DNA of 59,243 bases. Origin: a virus (lineage: Duplodnaviria > Caudoviricetes). Position 1 is the stretch's first letter. Each line of letters starts with the position of its first letter. The stretch covers positions 1 through 59,243 of IMG/VR virus record IMGVR_UViG_3300022690_001351; one strand, given 5' to 3'. The notes under the pieces were generated by a model. The model worked only from the letters and a program-made list of their open reading frames with translations. It did not search any database and had not been told where the DNA came from. Below, in pieces: positions 28,201-38,131 of the stretch. Position numbers and translations under genes: made by a program.

Positions 28201-29924
28201 TGACTATAAAAATAAAAATTGATAATTTTCGTAAAATCCAACAAGCTGATTTTGAAATCTCACCAATCACATTGTTGGTGGGAGAAAATGAAAATGGGAA
28301 GTCAAGTATTGCTATGGCAGTCTCTATGGTGGCAACTGGGAATATCTTGCCAAAAGGCATGTACAAGAAAGACGTCAATCAACTTATACATGACGGGGCA
28401 AGAGAAAGTAAAATCTCAATTTGTCGTAATGGACTCGCAACCGAGGTGATTTATCCAGCATGCGAGCATAATCAACACGCAGAAGGTAAGGATGCAACGT
28501 TAGAAGATGTTATTGCTGGACAAGCTGAACTTCAATCGTTTCATGTCTCAGATTTTGCGGCAGGACTTGGAGATATTTTTGAATTAAATAATTCTGAAAA
28601 AACAGCATATTTGATCAATCTTTTAAAGGCTGCACCAACTGAAAGTGATCTAAAGACCGCATTGAGTGCAGATACACACTTCTTAATTCCTGAAATATGG
28701 ACTCAAATTACACAATCTGGCTGGGATGCTACGTATGATATCGTTAAGAAAGAGGAAATTGAATTTATTGGTAGATGGAAACAAATCACTGGAGAGCTTA
28801 AATGGAATATCGATACAGCAAATAAATGGCGTCCTGCTGAATGGGAACAAAGTTTAGAACAAGGCAACCTAGAAGATTTGCAATCTGATTTTAATAATTC
28901 TGAAAAAGTGATTGAGGAAGCCTTGAAATCTGAAGGTGCAGCGGATTTTGATAAATCAAGGTTAGAAGATATTATTGCTGGAAAAACTGAACTGCAAGAG
29001 GAGCTTACAAAAAAAGAAACAGAAGTGCGTAATATACGGATAGAAATAGATGCTGTAATTAATCGATGTGATAATTTACCAAGTCCTGATGATATAGGAA
29101 TCCCATGCCCTGTATGTGACGCAGCCCTGATAATTGTCTCTAAAGAAGAAGGATATGTCTGTACTGAATATCTTGAAGATGCGACCGAAGAAAAGGAAAA
29201 TCGCGAGCAAGACAAGGATATTTTGTATATAGAAATTAATAGACTTAAGAATAAAGATCATGACATAAATAAACAAATATATAATATAAAGGAAAACTTA
29301 ACAAAGATAGAAAATGCAGAAATTGAACTGCAGAAAGCTAATGAAGCTAAAAATGTTAATAACATTACAACTGAGGAAGCAAAGACTCAGAGTATTAATA
29401 TAAAACTTCAACTTGATAATTTCATTAAGGTGCAACAAGCCTCTGATCTATATAAAAAGGTTATTATAAAAAGAGAATTATCATCAGCACTAAGTCAAAA
29501 TGGCGTTAGAAAAACTAAGCTTCAAGATGAAATTACAAAATTCAATAATGATATATTAAAGCCTCTATGTGATAAATTAAATTGGGAAGCTGTGATCATT
29601 GATAACGATTTAAATATATGGCGTGGCAGACGTGCATATAAATTATTGTCACGTTCGGCTAGGTATATCACTCGTGTTATTTTACAGGTTGGTCTTGCGA
29701 TGACTGATAAGTCTGAGTTGTTAATAATTGATGATTTAGATATAATAACCAATGATCAGAATAAGACTTGGTTGCTTGAGATGATTGCCTCGTCAAATAT
29801 CCCAGCACTTATTTGTATGGCAATCCGTCCTAATGAAAATGCACCGTCAATTCAAGGCACGACCTATTTAGTCAAGAATGGTACTATGGAATTAGTAGAA
29901 GAATACGGAGCAAAAAATGATTGA
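28200..29924 (+). CDS. Rad50/SbcC-like ABC ATPase with coiled coil
   Basis: Walker A GENENGKS, central CPVC hook, degenerate LSRS signature, Walker B LLIIDD. Confidence 0.85.
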   Translation: MTIKIKIDNFRKIQQADFEISPITLLVGENENGKSSIAMAVSMVATGNILPKGMYKKDVNQLIHDGARESKISICRNGLATEVIYPACEHNQHAEGKDATLEDVIAGQAELQSFHVSDFAAGLGDIFELNNSEKTAYLINLLKAAPTESDLKTALSADTHFLIPEIWTQITQSGWDATYDIVKKEEIEFIGRWKQITGELKWNIDTANKWRPAEWEQSLEQGNLEDLQSDFNNSEKVIEEALKSEGAADFDKSRLEDIIAGKTELQEELTKKETEVRNIRIEIDAVINRCDNLPSPDDIGIPCPVCDAALIIVSKEEGYVCTEYLEDATEEKENREQDKDILYIEINRLKNKDHDINKQIYNIKENLTKIENAEIELQKANEAKNVNNITTEEAKTQSINIKLQLDNFIKVQQASDLYKKVIIKRELSSALSQNGVRKTKLQDEITKFNNDILKPLCDKLNWEAVIIDNDLNIWRGRRAYKLLSRSARYITRVILQVGLAMTDKSELLIIDDLDIITNDQNKTWLLEMIASSNIPALICMAIRPNENAPSIQGTTYLVKNGTMELVEEYGAKND

Positions 29925-30690
29925 AGATGTTTTAAACAGAGAGATTAATTGGGCTAAAGATAACGCCTCTATTGTGTACATTAAGACTCAGGATAACCAA
30001 AGCGGATTAACTGTACTGCACAAAGCATGTATGTACTGTAACCTAGAAGCTGTAAAAGCTTTTTTAGAAAAAGGAGCAGATGTTAATGTTAAGGATGCAC
30101 AGGGGAGAACCCCGCTTAATTGCATAGGTCAAAATTATATTCATGATTTTTATAAAATATTAAATTTAATGCTTGAATATGGTTCTGACATTAATTCTCA
30201 AGATAGTAGCGGTAAAACTCTTTTGCATAAAGCATGTGACGGTAGTAATAAACATCACATAAGCGTGTTATTGCATAAAGGAGCAGATATTGAAATTCAA
30301 GATGGATTTAATAGCAAGCCTTTTTACTATGCCTGTTGTCATAATGCGCCTTTTATTGTTGCATTTTTGATTGAACAAGGATGTAAAGTTGATTCTGAGG
30401 ATGATATTGACAGCGTTTTATATAACGCATGCGCATGGGATGATATAAAATCTATCAAGGTATTATTAAATAATGGGGCTAATATTAATGCTAAGCATGA
30501 CGATAATTCTACTTGTTTGCATTCTGCTTGTAAGGTGGGAAATATAGAGATTATACAATTGTTGTTAGATAGGGGGGCAAATATAGATGCTGAAGATGAT
30601 AGCGAATGGATTCCTCATGATTGTGCAAAATATAATTTCCACAAAGAAGTCATGAGGTTAATAGAATCTCATTGGAGTAACGTCATTTAA
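29917..30690 (+). CDS. ankyrin repeat protein
   Basis: Multiple GxTxLHxAC...LLxxGADxN repeats. Confidence 0.95.
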   Translation: MIEDVLNREINWAKDNASIVYIKTQDNQSGLTVLHKACMYCNLEAVKAFLEKGADVNVKDAQGRTPLNCIGQNYIHDFYKILNLMLEYGSDINSQDSSGKTLLHKACDGSNKHHISVLLHKGADIEIQDGFNSKPFYYACCHNAPFIVAFLIEQGCKVDSEDDIDSVLYNACAWDDIKSIKVLLNNGANINAKHDDNSTCLHSACKVGNIEIIQLLLDRGANIDAEDDSEWIPHDCAKYNFHKEVMRLIESHWSNVI

Positions 30691-30715
30691 AGATAAATAA
30701 TATTTCAATCAACAC

Positions 30716-30744
30716 TTGACAACTCGCCGCTGATGGTGTAGTAT
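30716..30744 (+). promoter_or_regulatory. conserved-spacer promoter, copy 7
   Basis: TTGACA-ACTCGCCGCTGATGGTG-TAGTAT. Confidence 0.85.
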
Positions 30745-30762
30745 AATCAACTAAAGGTAAAA

Positions 30763-31023
30763 ATGATAAATAAACAATCATCTAAAATACGAGATTTAAA
30801 TATATATAATAATACTTGGGATACTCTAAACACAATTAATAGAGGAATTAAATTGATATTGGATGAAAAAATGCCATTACCTGATAGTATTATTATAGAA
30901 CGATGCAATGCATATGATAGATTTAGTAAAATAGATAAAGCGAGTAAAAAGAAATATAAACTTAGTTCACACCTAGAATTTAATGAGGTGTGCGCAATAC
31001 TTGAAAACAATAAAGGAGAATAA
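30763..31023 (+). CDS. hypothetical protein
   Basis: AAAGG RBS after promoter. Confidence 0.6.
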   Translation: MINKQSSKIRDLNIYNNTWDTLNTINRGIKLILDEKMPLPDSIIIERCNAYDRFSKIDKASKKKYKLSSHLEFNEVCAILENNKGE

Positions 31024-31024
31024 A

Positions 31025-32125
31025 ATGAATAATGTCCATGATTTAAGCAATGCTAATAAATTGCCTGCTAACTATAGTAGTAGCAATACAACGATTGAAG
31101 CACAGCGTGCAATATCAGAAACCCAAGCCGCTATGGTAATCGCTAAGCAATTTCCAAGAAATGAAAAGGAAGCGTTGGAAAAAATAAAGAATGCTTGTAG
31201 AAGGCAAAAAGTAGCGGAGTCGGCTATATATACATATCCAAAAGGTCAAGGTAATAACGCAACAATAATTGAGGGTGTAAGCATTAGGCTAGCCGAGGTT
31301 ATTGCTCAAAATTGGGGCAATATTAAATTTGGTTGGACAGAATTATCTAGAGATAACAATGAATCTGAAATTAAGGTCTTTGCGTGGGATATAGAAAACA
31401 ATATTGATTCCTCTCGTACCGTACGTATTAAACATGTTCGACATGCTTATGGTAAAATCACTCCATTAAAAAACCCTAGGGATATTTACGAAGTAGTAGC
31501 TGCTGATGCATCAAAGCGATTGCGGGCATGCCTTCTGGCAATAATTCCTGCCGATATAGTTGAAGAGGCTCTGATTGAATGTACTAAAACCTTAAAGGCT
31601 ACTGGAAACGTAACGCCCGATAAGATTAAGAAATTGAAGGAAGAATTTGCAAAATATGATATAACTCTGAAAATGCTGGAAAACAGAACAGGTCGTAAAT
31701 TAGAAGTAATACAGCCTGCACAAATGCTGAATTTATATAAAATTTATACCAGCCTTAAAGATGGCGCGAGTATTGCCTCAGATTGGTTTGCTGTTGATGA
31801 GCCACAATCAGCAAAGGAAGCTGTCAAAGATTTACTAACAAAAGAAACTACCAAAGAACCTTTGGAAGTTCAGCAAGAAGAATTGGAGTTGGAAATTCCA
31901 GTAAAATTCTCTGATGGCAAAACTCTAATATTTCCGCTGCAAGTGAATGCAGAGGCATTGATAGATTTAATTCAAATATATAAAGATAGTGAGCATGATG
32001 ATTCTGCTCTCACAGACTTCTTTAAAAATAATAAAGACAATATGCCGAAACTTATGGAAGAAATGCAAAAAGTAAACCAACCTTGGACAGAACAGTTACG
32101 AAGGTTATTTGACAATTTAAATTAA
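31025..32125 (+). CDS. putative ssDNA-annealing protein (YqaJ partner)
   Basis: AKQFPRNE, IEGVSIRLAEVIAQNWGN motifs of a family often found beside YqaJ; AAGGAG RBS. Confidence 0.6.
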   Translation: MNNVHDLSNANKLPANYSSSNTTIEAQRAISETQAAMVIAKQFPRNEKEALEKIKNACRRQKVAESAIYTYPKGQGNNATIIEGVSIRLAEVIAQNWGNIKFGWTELSRDNNESEIKVFAWDIENNIDSSRTVRIKHVRHAYGKITPLKNPRDIYEVVAADASKRLRACLLAIIPADIVEEALIECTKTLKATGNVTPDKIKKLKEEFAKYDITLKMLENRTGRKLEVIQPAQMLNLYKIYTSLKDGASIASDWFAVDEPQSAKEAVKDLLTKETTKEPLEVQQEELELEIPVKFSDGKTLIFPLQVNAEALIDLIQIYKDSEHDDSALTDFFKNNKDNMPKLMEEMQKVNQPWTEQLRRLFDNLN

Positions 32126-32136
32126 AGGAAAAGATC

Positions 32137-32514
32137 ATGCCTAGACAATCAGACTCTATACAAAAAATTGATAAGCTAATTGGTAAGCGAATACAAGAGT
32201 TACGCATTGCTATGGGATTATCACGACAAGAGTTAGTAAAAAAGGTCGGTGTAACACATCAACAATTGCAAAAATATGAAAATGGTACTAATCGTATATC
32301 TATAGGCAGATTATTTTATATAGCTAAAGCATTAAAAAAGCCTATGTCGTATTTTTTAGACAACCTCGATGAAGATTCTGAAAATATAATATTGCCTGAT
32401 GCGCATCAACGAATGGCGATTGAAGTATCACGTAACTTTATGTGTATCAGTAATGTAGCACATCAAGATGCAGTGAATTTATTAGTTAGAACTCTGGCAG
32501 ATAAAAAGGAATAA
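32137..32514 (+). CDS. XRE/Cro-C1 HTH transcriptional regulator (alphaproteobacterial type)
   Basis: IGKRIQELRIAMGLSRQEL...GVTHQQLQKYENGTNRIS. Confidence 0.9.
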   Translation: MPRQSDSIQKIDKLIGKRIQELRIAMGLSRQELVKKVGVTHQQLQKYENGTNRISIGRLFYIAKALKKPMSYFLDNLDEDSENIILPDAHQRMAIEVSRNFMCISNVAHQDAVNLLVRTLADKKE

Positions 32515-32586
32515 AAGATGATAACTAGAGAAAATATAAATTACGTATTATTCATGGCTATGTGCTTATTTATGATGTTTGGGTGA

Positions 32587-32693
32587 TTGCTTCCATAAGG
32601 GAATTGAACACCTCATTCAACTCCACTAGGGAGAGGTATTCCTCGGTCACGCCACTAGGGCGAGCCATCTCATTAGATGAATGGAAGCAACCA
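32587..32693 (+). ncRNA. candidate multi-branched structured RNA ending ACCA
   Basis: Closing stem TTGCTTCCAT/ATGGAAGCAA and four internal hairpins. Confidence 0.5.
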
Positions 32694-32697
32694 TAAA

Positions 32698-33135
32698 CTA
32701 CAACTTATCTTTTTTGCTCCGTCCTCTATCAGCAAACCACCATGTAATAGTCATAGTAAGCATTTCAAGAGTAGTGGTAATTATTAAATTGCGTGCAACA
32801 AAAAAATCAGGTGGTAGTGTAAACCATAATATCGTTACCAGCAGTAAGGCATAGAGAGTAATACTAGGACGCATCAATTGTTTTAGGTTTATTACCCATT
32901 TACTTGGTTTACCCATGCTAGCATCATGCACATAGGATGCTGCTAGCGAATCCGCAGCGGATTTAATTTCTGCAATACTTATATCTTTCTTTGCTGTAAT
33001 ATTTGCGATAGATAATTCATGGTCACGGCGTTTTTCCTCAATAGTCATTTCCTGTTTTTTCTCATAATAGGACACGCCCCTATTGATCAAACTGCCTGCT
33101 AATCCAAATACCGCACCTAATGCACCTACTACCAT
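32698..33135 (-). CDS. putative holin (3-TM, GTA-holin-like)
   Basis: MRPSIT...WWFADR motifs, TM segments, next to DUF5675. Confidence 0.7.
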   Translation of the reverse strand: MVVGALGAVFGLAGSLINRGVSYYEKKQEMTIEEKRRDHELSIANITAKKDISIAEIKSAADSLAASYVHDASMGKPSKWVINLKQLMRPSITLYALLLVTILWFTLPPDFFVARNLIITTTLEMLTMTITWWFADRGRSKKDKL

Positions 33136-33137
33136 GA

Positions 33138-33554
33138 CTATTCCCCTATGTGATATTGATATGATATATTGAGTAAAAAAGTCTCGTAATTTAATAAGTC
33201 TTTAAATTTATTTAATGTAAGTGCTGAATATGGCACCATATATTCAGCACCATCTAAAATAACACCTCTTCCCACTAGAATGCATCCTTGAGTATCTTTT
33301 TGCCAATTGCCTACATGAATTAATATATAGCCTCTATCTTTAACATTACAGATTTGATAGCAATTTTTATGTTGCATTCCTGAAAATGCTTCACATTCAT
33401 ATTGTCCCGCTGGTATACAAGATATATTTCGTACATTATCACGCCACGGATTTTCTAATGTGTAGATAGGCTTATGCTTAATGCCTTCTATATATAGAAT
33501 ACCCAAGGTTACGTCATCATCACCATAATATCTAATCAAATGTACTTTTTTCAT
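33138..33554 (-). CDS. DUF5675 protein, putative endolysin
   Basis: TLENPW, SCIPAGQY, ILIHVGN, DTQGCILVG motifs. Confidence 0.8.
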   Translation of the reverse strand: MKKVHLIRYYGDDDVTLGILYIEGIKHKPIYTLENPWRDNVRNISCIPAGQYECEAFSGMQHKNCYQICNVKDRGYILIHVGNWQKDTQGCILVGRGVILDGAEYMVPYSALTLNKFKDLLNYETFLLNISYQYHIGE

Positions 33555-33901
33555 TTACGAACCTCGATTAAAAGTATTTGTAATAAATCTTGCATTTTAC
33601 CAAAATCTTTTTTCATATCACGAGCTTGGCGTTTAATATCACCTTTCATTTCACGGGTTTGTTGTTGCTGGTGTCCAGATTCTACACTTAATTTAGCTAG
33701 ATCAATGGCAATTTGATTTGTTATCTTAGCTTGAGATTCAATATGACCTTCGAGTTTATATACCCTTGAATCAATATCTTCTATTTCAGAATTGGCTTTT
33801 GATGCAGTCCACACCCAGCCGCCAGTAGTCATAGCTATTATCAGAAATATTTGGATGGTACTTCTTAAATCAAGACTCCAAAATTTATTTTCTTCAGGCA
33901 T
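33551..33901 (-). CDS. TM plus coiled-coil lysis-cassette protein
   Basis: One TM followed by coiled coil; ATGA overlap with endolysin. Confidence 0.55.
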   Translation of the reverse strand: MPEENKFWSLDLRSTIQIFLIIAMTTGGWVWTASKANSEIEDIDSRVYKLEGHIESQAKITNQIAIDLAKLSVESGHQQQQTREMKGDIKRQARDMKKDFGKMQDLLQILLIEVRK

Positions 33902-33961
33902 AAAAATATTTATTTTATTATCCGCAATTACTCTACCTGAAATTGCATCTTAAAACAAGCA

Positions 33962-33990
33962 TTGATATTATGCCACAAACCAATTATAAT
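33962..33990 (+). promoter_or_regulatory. sigma70 promoter for head-closure gene
   Basis: TTGATA-17-TATAAT. Confidence 0.6.
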
Positions 33991-34016
33991 TCTATGTGTA
34001 ATATAAGAGGTTTACC

Positions 34017-34415
34017 ATGGCAAGCTGTCAAAAAATCAGGCGTAAAAAAATAACTCATTGTGCGGCTTCGTTCAATAAAACGATAAGCATATTGACTCGT
34101 GAACAATTAGCCTCAGTTACTGGCAGTATTGATTCTACAATAGATTTACCTGCATTTGCTACTGTTAGAGCAAAGTTAGAAACTACGAGACCAGTTGAAA
34201 TTTTTGCTGGCACTAATGTAAAACAGATAGAAACCCACCTATTTACAATTAGATTTGCATTAGCCGTAGCAACCATAAATAAAAATCATACCATTGATTT
34301 TAATAGTAAATTTTTCCGTATTGATCGTATTGAAAATGTGGATGAGGAAAATAGATTCTTTAATCTGTTCTGCTCCATACGGGGCGATATTACCAAAGAT
34401 GCAAATAGAGCATAA
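34017..34415 (+). CDS. head closure/head-tail adaptor (SPP1 gp16-like)
   Basis: FATVRAKL, THLFTIRF, FRIDRIENVDEENRF motifs. Confidence 0.8.
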   Translation: MASCQKIRRKKITHCAASFNKTISILTREQLASVTGSIDSTIDLPAFATVRAKLETTRPVEIFAGTNVKQIETHLFTIRFALAVATINKNHTIDFNSKFFRIDRIENVDEENRFFNLFCSIRGDITKDANRA

Positions 34416-34421
34416 CAACAC

Positions 34422-34450
34422 TTGACAAGTCACCACATAACATGTAGTAT
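34422..34450 (+). promoter_or_regulatory. conserved-spacer promoter, copy 8
   Basis: TTGACA-AGTCACCACATAACATG-TAGTAT. Confidence 0.85.
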
Positions 34451-34490
34451 CTAGTTATTATCATTTAACAACTTAATTTGGAGAAAGACA

Positions 34491-34661
34491 ATGACTAATT
34501 TAAATGCAAACCTAGAAAGATTTATCAAGGTATATAATGCCTTGAATAGAGCTAACAACGCAGAAGAAGTTAATGAAATATTGACTGAAAATTCAGACTT
34601 GAAAACAATCAATATAGCGATTGAAAATACATTAATTAGAAAGCTTTACGATAGGAGATAA
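34491..34661 (+). CDS. small hypothetical protein (56 aa, not in ORF track), moron in neck region
   Basis: GGAG RBS, MTNLNANLERF...; own promoter. Confidence 0.6.
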   Translation: MTNLNANLERFIKVYNALNRANNAEEVNEILTENSDLKTINIAIENTLIRKLYDRR

Positions 34662-34662
34662 A

Positions 34663-35133
34663 ATGACTTTTTCATTTAAGGCAGATAGTAACAACAGAAA
34701 AGTTACATTGCAAATTAAGAATCTTAACAAGATAACTAGAGAAGGTATGTCAAAGGCTTTTTTTGCAATTGGCAAAGATTATGTTACTACAGCCAAAAAT
34801 AGGATTTTAAATCCACCTAAAACAGGTGTGGTATATCGCATACGATCAAGAAAGGGAGTAGTTATATTGCATCAAGCGTCTGCTCCAGGCGAATCTCCCG
34901 CAAATCGAACAGGGGCATTAAAAGATACAATTGAATCTTTATACTCGGCTGGACAAGATAGCATGAGACTTAAGGCGGGTGATGGCGATAGAGTGCCTTA
35001 CGCAGGCTTTTTAGAAGAAGGAACAAAAAAAATAAAGCCACGTCCTTATTTAATACCTGCTATTGAGACAAACGAGCGTAATGCGATAGAGCATTTTGAG
35101 CGTGAGATTAAAAAAGCTGCAACTAAAAAGTGA
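34663..35133 (+). CDS. HK97 gp10-like tail-component protein
   Basis: HQASAPGESPANRTGALK, YAGFLEEGT.KIKPRPYL.PA motifs. Confidence 0.9.
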   Translation: MTFSFKADSNNRKVTLQIKNLNKITREGMSKAFFAIGKDYVTTAKNRILNPPKTGVVYRIRSRKGVVILHQASAPGESPANRTGALKDTIESLYSAGQDSMRLKAGDGDRVPYAGFLEEGTKKIKPRPYLIPAIETNERNAIEHFEREIKKAATKK

Positions 35134-35139
35134 GGAATC

Positions 35140-35493
35140 ATGAAACGCAGAAACAGACGGAAAAGATTTATTAATTTATATGGGGTTGTGCCTGTATATT
35201 TTATAACGAGGTATTGGTTTTTTATTCTACCTGTGATTGTAGCAATTACTGTGTTTCTCATAGTATCCTGTGCAGCACAGGCAGCTGATAAATATCCTTT
35301 GTATGTTAAGAAAACTGCGTTGGAGAAAATGCTAGAAGATCCTGTATATAGGCATAAACAGCTTATGGAGCAGTTAATAAATATTGAGTGTGCAATTTAT
35401 GGCACTAAGCATCATGACGCAACGGGTGTCTTGGGTTCTAGGGGTTATGGAGAAAAATATAAGAAGGCATGTAAAATAATGAGGTTGAAATGA
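35140..35493 (+). CDS. membrane-anchored hypothetical protein
   Basis: GAGGA RBS, one TM. Confidence 0.6.
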   Translation: MKRRNRRKRFINLYGVVPVYFITRYWFFILPVIVAITVFLIVSCAAQAADKYPLYVKKTALEKMLEDPVYRHKQLMEQLINIECAIYGTKHHDATGVLGSRGYGEKYKKACKIMRLK

Positions 35494-35759
35494 CTGATTT
35501 TATAATAACAGATGAAGACATAGACGGAGTTTCCCGAATGACTGATAAAAAACTGACTAGAAAACAAATGATAGCGAAACTTGAAAAAAATGCTGAGGCT
35601 GTGTATGAAACCTATAAGATTATATCTGCTACTCACTGTCATTATAATCGTGTCACTGGTATTTATGAAAATCACCAGTCTGCTTGGGATTGTTTGGAGG
35701 CTCACGATCTTTGTCGTAGAGAAATAAGTAGGTTAAAAAGAGAGGCTGCAAATGACTGA
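35490..35759 (+). CDS. hypothetical protein
   Basis: GAGG RBS, ATGA overlap. Confidence 0.6.
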   Translation: MTDFIITDEDIDGVSRMTDKKLTRKQMIAKLEKNAEAVYETYKIISATHCHYNRVTGIYENHQSAWDCLEAHDLCRREISRLKREAAND

Positions 35760-36135
35760 TAAAGAAATAACCAAAAAGCAAGCCCTTATCAATCTTCAAA
35801 AGATTGTTAAAGATGCTGATGTTAAGGCTACCCTAGCAGTGGAAGCCCATAAATCTATGAAGCATGCTGCTTCTGAAATAGAGGATGCAGTTTTTGCCGC
35901 TGAAGATGCTGGTGTAAGTGCTGTAGTAGATGCTGTAAGAGAGGTTTATGATGCTACTGGACATGCTATTAAAGTTGCTCATAAGTTTGCTTATATTGCT
36001 GCTAGTTCAGCTCATAATGCCACTGATGCTTATAATAAATTATTAAAAACAAGTGAGACTGAATACAATATTGAAAGCGAACAGAAAGCTGAAATGTTGA
36101 AAAAGGAGAAGGGTGGGAGTATTAAGGAAAAGTAA
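35752..36135 (+). CDS. Ala-rich helical hypothetical protein
   Basis: GAGG RBS; resembles 546..758. Confidence 0.6.
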   Translation: MTDKEITKKQALINLQKIVKDADVKATLAVEAHKSMKHAASEIEDAVFAAEDAGVSAVVDAVREVYDATGHAIKVAHKFAYIAASSAHNATDAYNKLLKTSETEYNIESEQKAEMLKKEKGGSIKEK

Positions 36136-37669
36136 TATTCCCCAGCGTTGGAATCTCCGTACTATTTACAGGAATATCACCGACAGGAGTATCAAGCGTG
36201 AAGGTTTGTACAGTTTGACCAGAAGTATCAGTTGTAGTTCTTATGGTTGAACGATATGTATCTTCAGTTAAACTCTGTCCAGGGGCTGTTTGCTCTCTAA
36301 ACAGTGCTTCCAAGTTAGCAGTTATAGCCGTCCTCATATCTGTAGTATTTGGTGTTAATTCTGTAAATTTAAAGTCTGTTGGAATAGGAGTTGCTGCTAA
36401 TATAATTACATCCACATCTGAAGTATGTGCAGGTTTAATTTTTAATATCTCATCTTTAACATCATTAATTTCACTAGCAGTTGGGATAATAGGTTCGTCA
36501 TTATCCCTGAGCGGCAATCCTATAAACTGCCCAGGTCGTACGCTATCTGTATAGGTAATAGTTCCTGTAGCTGGTGACGTTGCTGAACCAGCAAAGACAC
36601 AAGCAAAGTTAAAATCATCTATTTTTAATATTTGCTTGTCAATTACATTATATACTATTGGAACTGCATCTAATATTCTGATAAGCATACCGTCCTCTAA
36701 AAAATGAGGTGTCACAGTATTGACAAATAATATAGAACCAACACTTGTAAGTCCGCCTGCACTTATTGCAACAGGATCAAGGGATTCTCCAGCTTCAATA
36801 ATAAACATTCTTGTAACCCCAGGTACTTTTCTGGCTTGGTTTATAATATTTGCTTCATTAAAAGGGGTAACTGGATTCTGCCAACGGAATAAAATACGAC
36901 TTCTTAAATCCTCATCATTTTCAATATCAGTACCGCCGCCAATCTCACCAAATTGTACAAATGCAGTAGAATCAATTCCTGCGGGAGCTGAGGAAAATGT
37001 AAGTGGCGCACCACTTTCAGCATTAGCAATCTGTCCAAAATCTTGAGATGTTACGGGAATATCAGCGGTATCAAATGAAACTATGCCCTGCGTTGTAGCT
37101 GGCGTTGCTGGCGTTGTAGCTATTTCATATGTAAATTCATCTAAGGCAGTAACATTTATTGATGTAGCTACATTATATTCAGCGGGTATTATTAATGTTG
37201 TAGTAATAGGAACATTGCTTGCCAAACCATGATTACCATTTGTTTGTACAAATACGGTATTTCCGATTCTTGTTACGGATATAGTTGCAATACTATTAGC
37301 TATTATAGTTCTTTCCGCGTCTGTAACATATGTGACTCCGTCTGTGGACTGCAATAATGTTGCGGCGGGAATAACCGAACTGACAACTCCTGTAGCTGTA
37401 ATATTGCCCGTAGCTTGTGTAGCAGGATTCCTTGAGATATTTACTAAATTACCCCATCGTTCTAAAAATTCCTGAGTGGCAGTGTCTTGAAACATTTCTA
37501 GTTGCAAAGAGTCGTTTACTAACAAAAACTCATTTACTCTGCCTGCAAGTGCTACAATTATTGCGTCAATAGCTGATGGAATTGTGGGATCAAGACCTAT
37601 CAATAGTGCTTGTACATCTGTACGTATATTAGCTACTAATTCTGGCAATGTAGGCGATGGTAAAACCAT
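36122..37669 (-). CDS. baseplate J / Mu gp47-like protein with inserted beta-domains
   Basis: DTATQEFLERWG, GGGTDIENDEDLRSRIL, VPGVTR, LGNITF motifs. Confidence 0.9.
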   Translation of the reverse strand: MVLPSPTLPELVANIRTDVQALLIGLDPTIPSAIDAIIVALAGRVNEFLLVNDSLQLEMFQDTATQEFLERWGNLVNISRNPATQATGNITATGVVSSVIPAATLLQSTDGVTYVTDAERTIIANSIATISVTRIGNTVFVQTNGNHGLASNVPITTTLIIPAEYNVATSINVTALDEFTYEIATTPATPATTQGIVSFDTADIPVTSQDFGQIANAESGAPLTFSSAPAGIDSTAFVQFGEIGGGTDIENDEDLRSRILFRWQNPVTPFNEANIINQARKVPGVTRMFIIEAGESLDPVAISAGGLTSVGSILFVNTVTPHFLEDGMLIRILDAVPIVYNVIDKQILKIDDFNFACVFAGSATSPATGTITYTDSVRPGQFIGLPLRDNDEPIIPTASEINDVKDEILKIKPAHTSDVDVIILAATPIPTDFKFTELTPNTTDMRTAITANLEALFREQTAPGQSLTEDTYRSTIRTTTDTSGQTVQTFTLDTPVGDIPVNSTEIPTLGNITFP

Positions 37670-37671
37670 AA

Positions 37672-38124
37672 TTATACTTGTTTTGTGTTAAGCCAAAGAG
37701 TGAATGTCTGTTCTATTATCACATCCTGATTTGTAAATATTTTTATATTAATTTCTACTCTATTTTCAAATAACTCACCAACAACCTCTATTTTTGTTGC
37801 ATGTTGGCTATCAACAAGCTGCTGGAAGCCTTGTTTGACAAATTGCTCTGCCTTAAGTCTTGTTTCTTCAATCGCTCTTGCTTGAAATAATAGCCATAGT
37901 TTATTACCTAATTCTGTATTGGGAATTTGATTAAACACATTGCCCCACCAACCACGTCTATTTTGAGCGATAGGCACTTCAGAAGGTTCAGCTCTAGCAT
38001 CTAAGAAAAATAACAATTGTATAGCAGTCTCAAAGCTTTCTGTAGTTTTAAATAGTCCGTCAACAATTACAAGATCGTAATTGCCTTGCGCGTCCTTTTC
38101 CATTGCTAAATCTGTATGTGCCAT
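37672..38124 (-). CDS. Mu gp46-like baseplate protein
   Basis: FLDARA, RRGWWGN, LGNKLWLL.QAR; start moved to MAHTDL. Confidence 0.85.
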   Translation of the reverse strand: MAHTDLAMEKDAQGNYDLVIVDGLFKTTESFETAIQLLFFLDARAEPSEVPIAQNRRGWWGNVFNQIPNTELGNKLWLLFQARAIEETRLKAEQFVKQGFQQLVDSQHATKIEVVGELFENRVEINIKIFTNQDVIIEQTFTLWLNTKQV

Positions 38125-38131
38125 AATTTTA

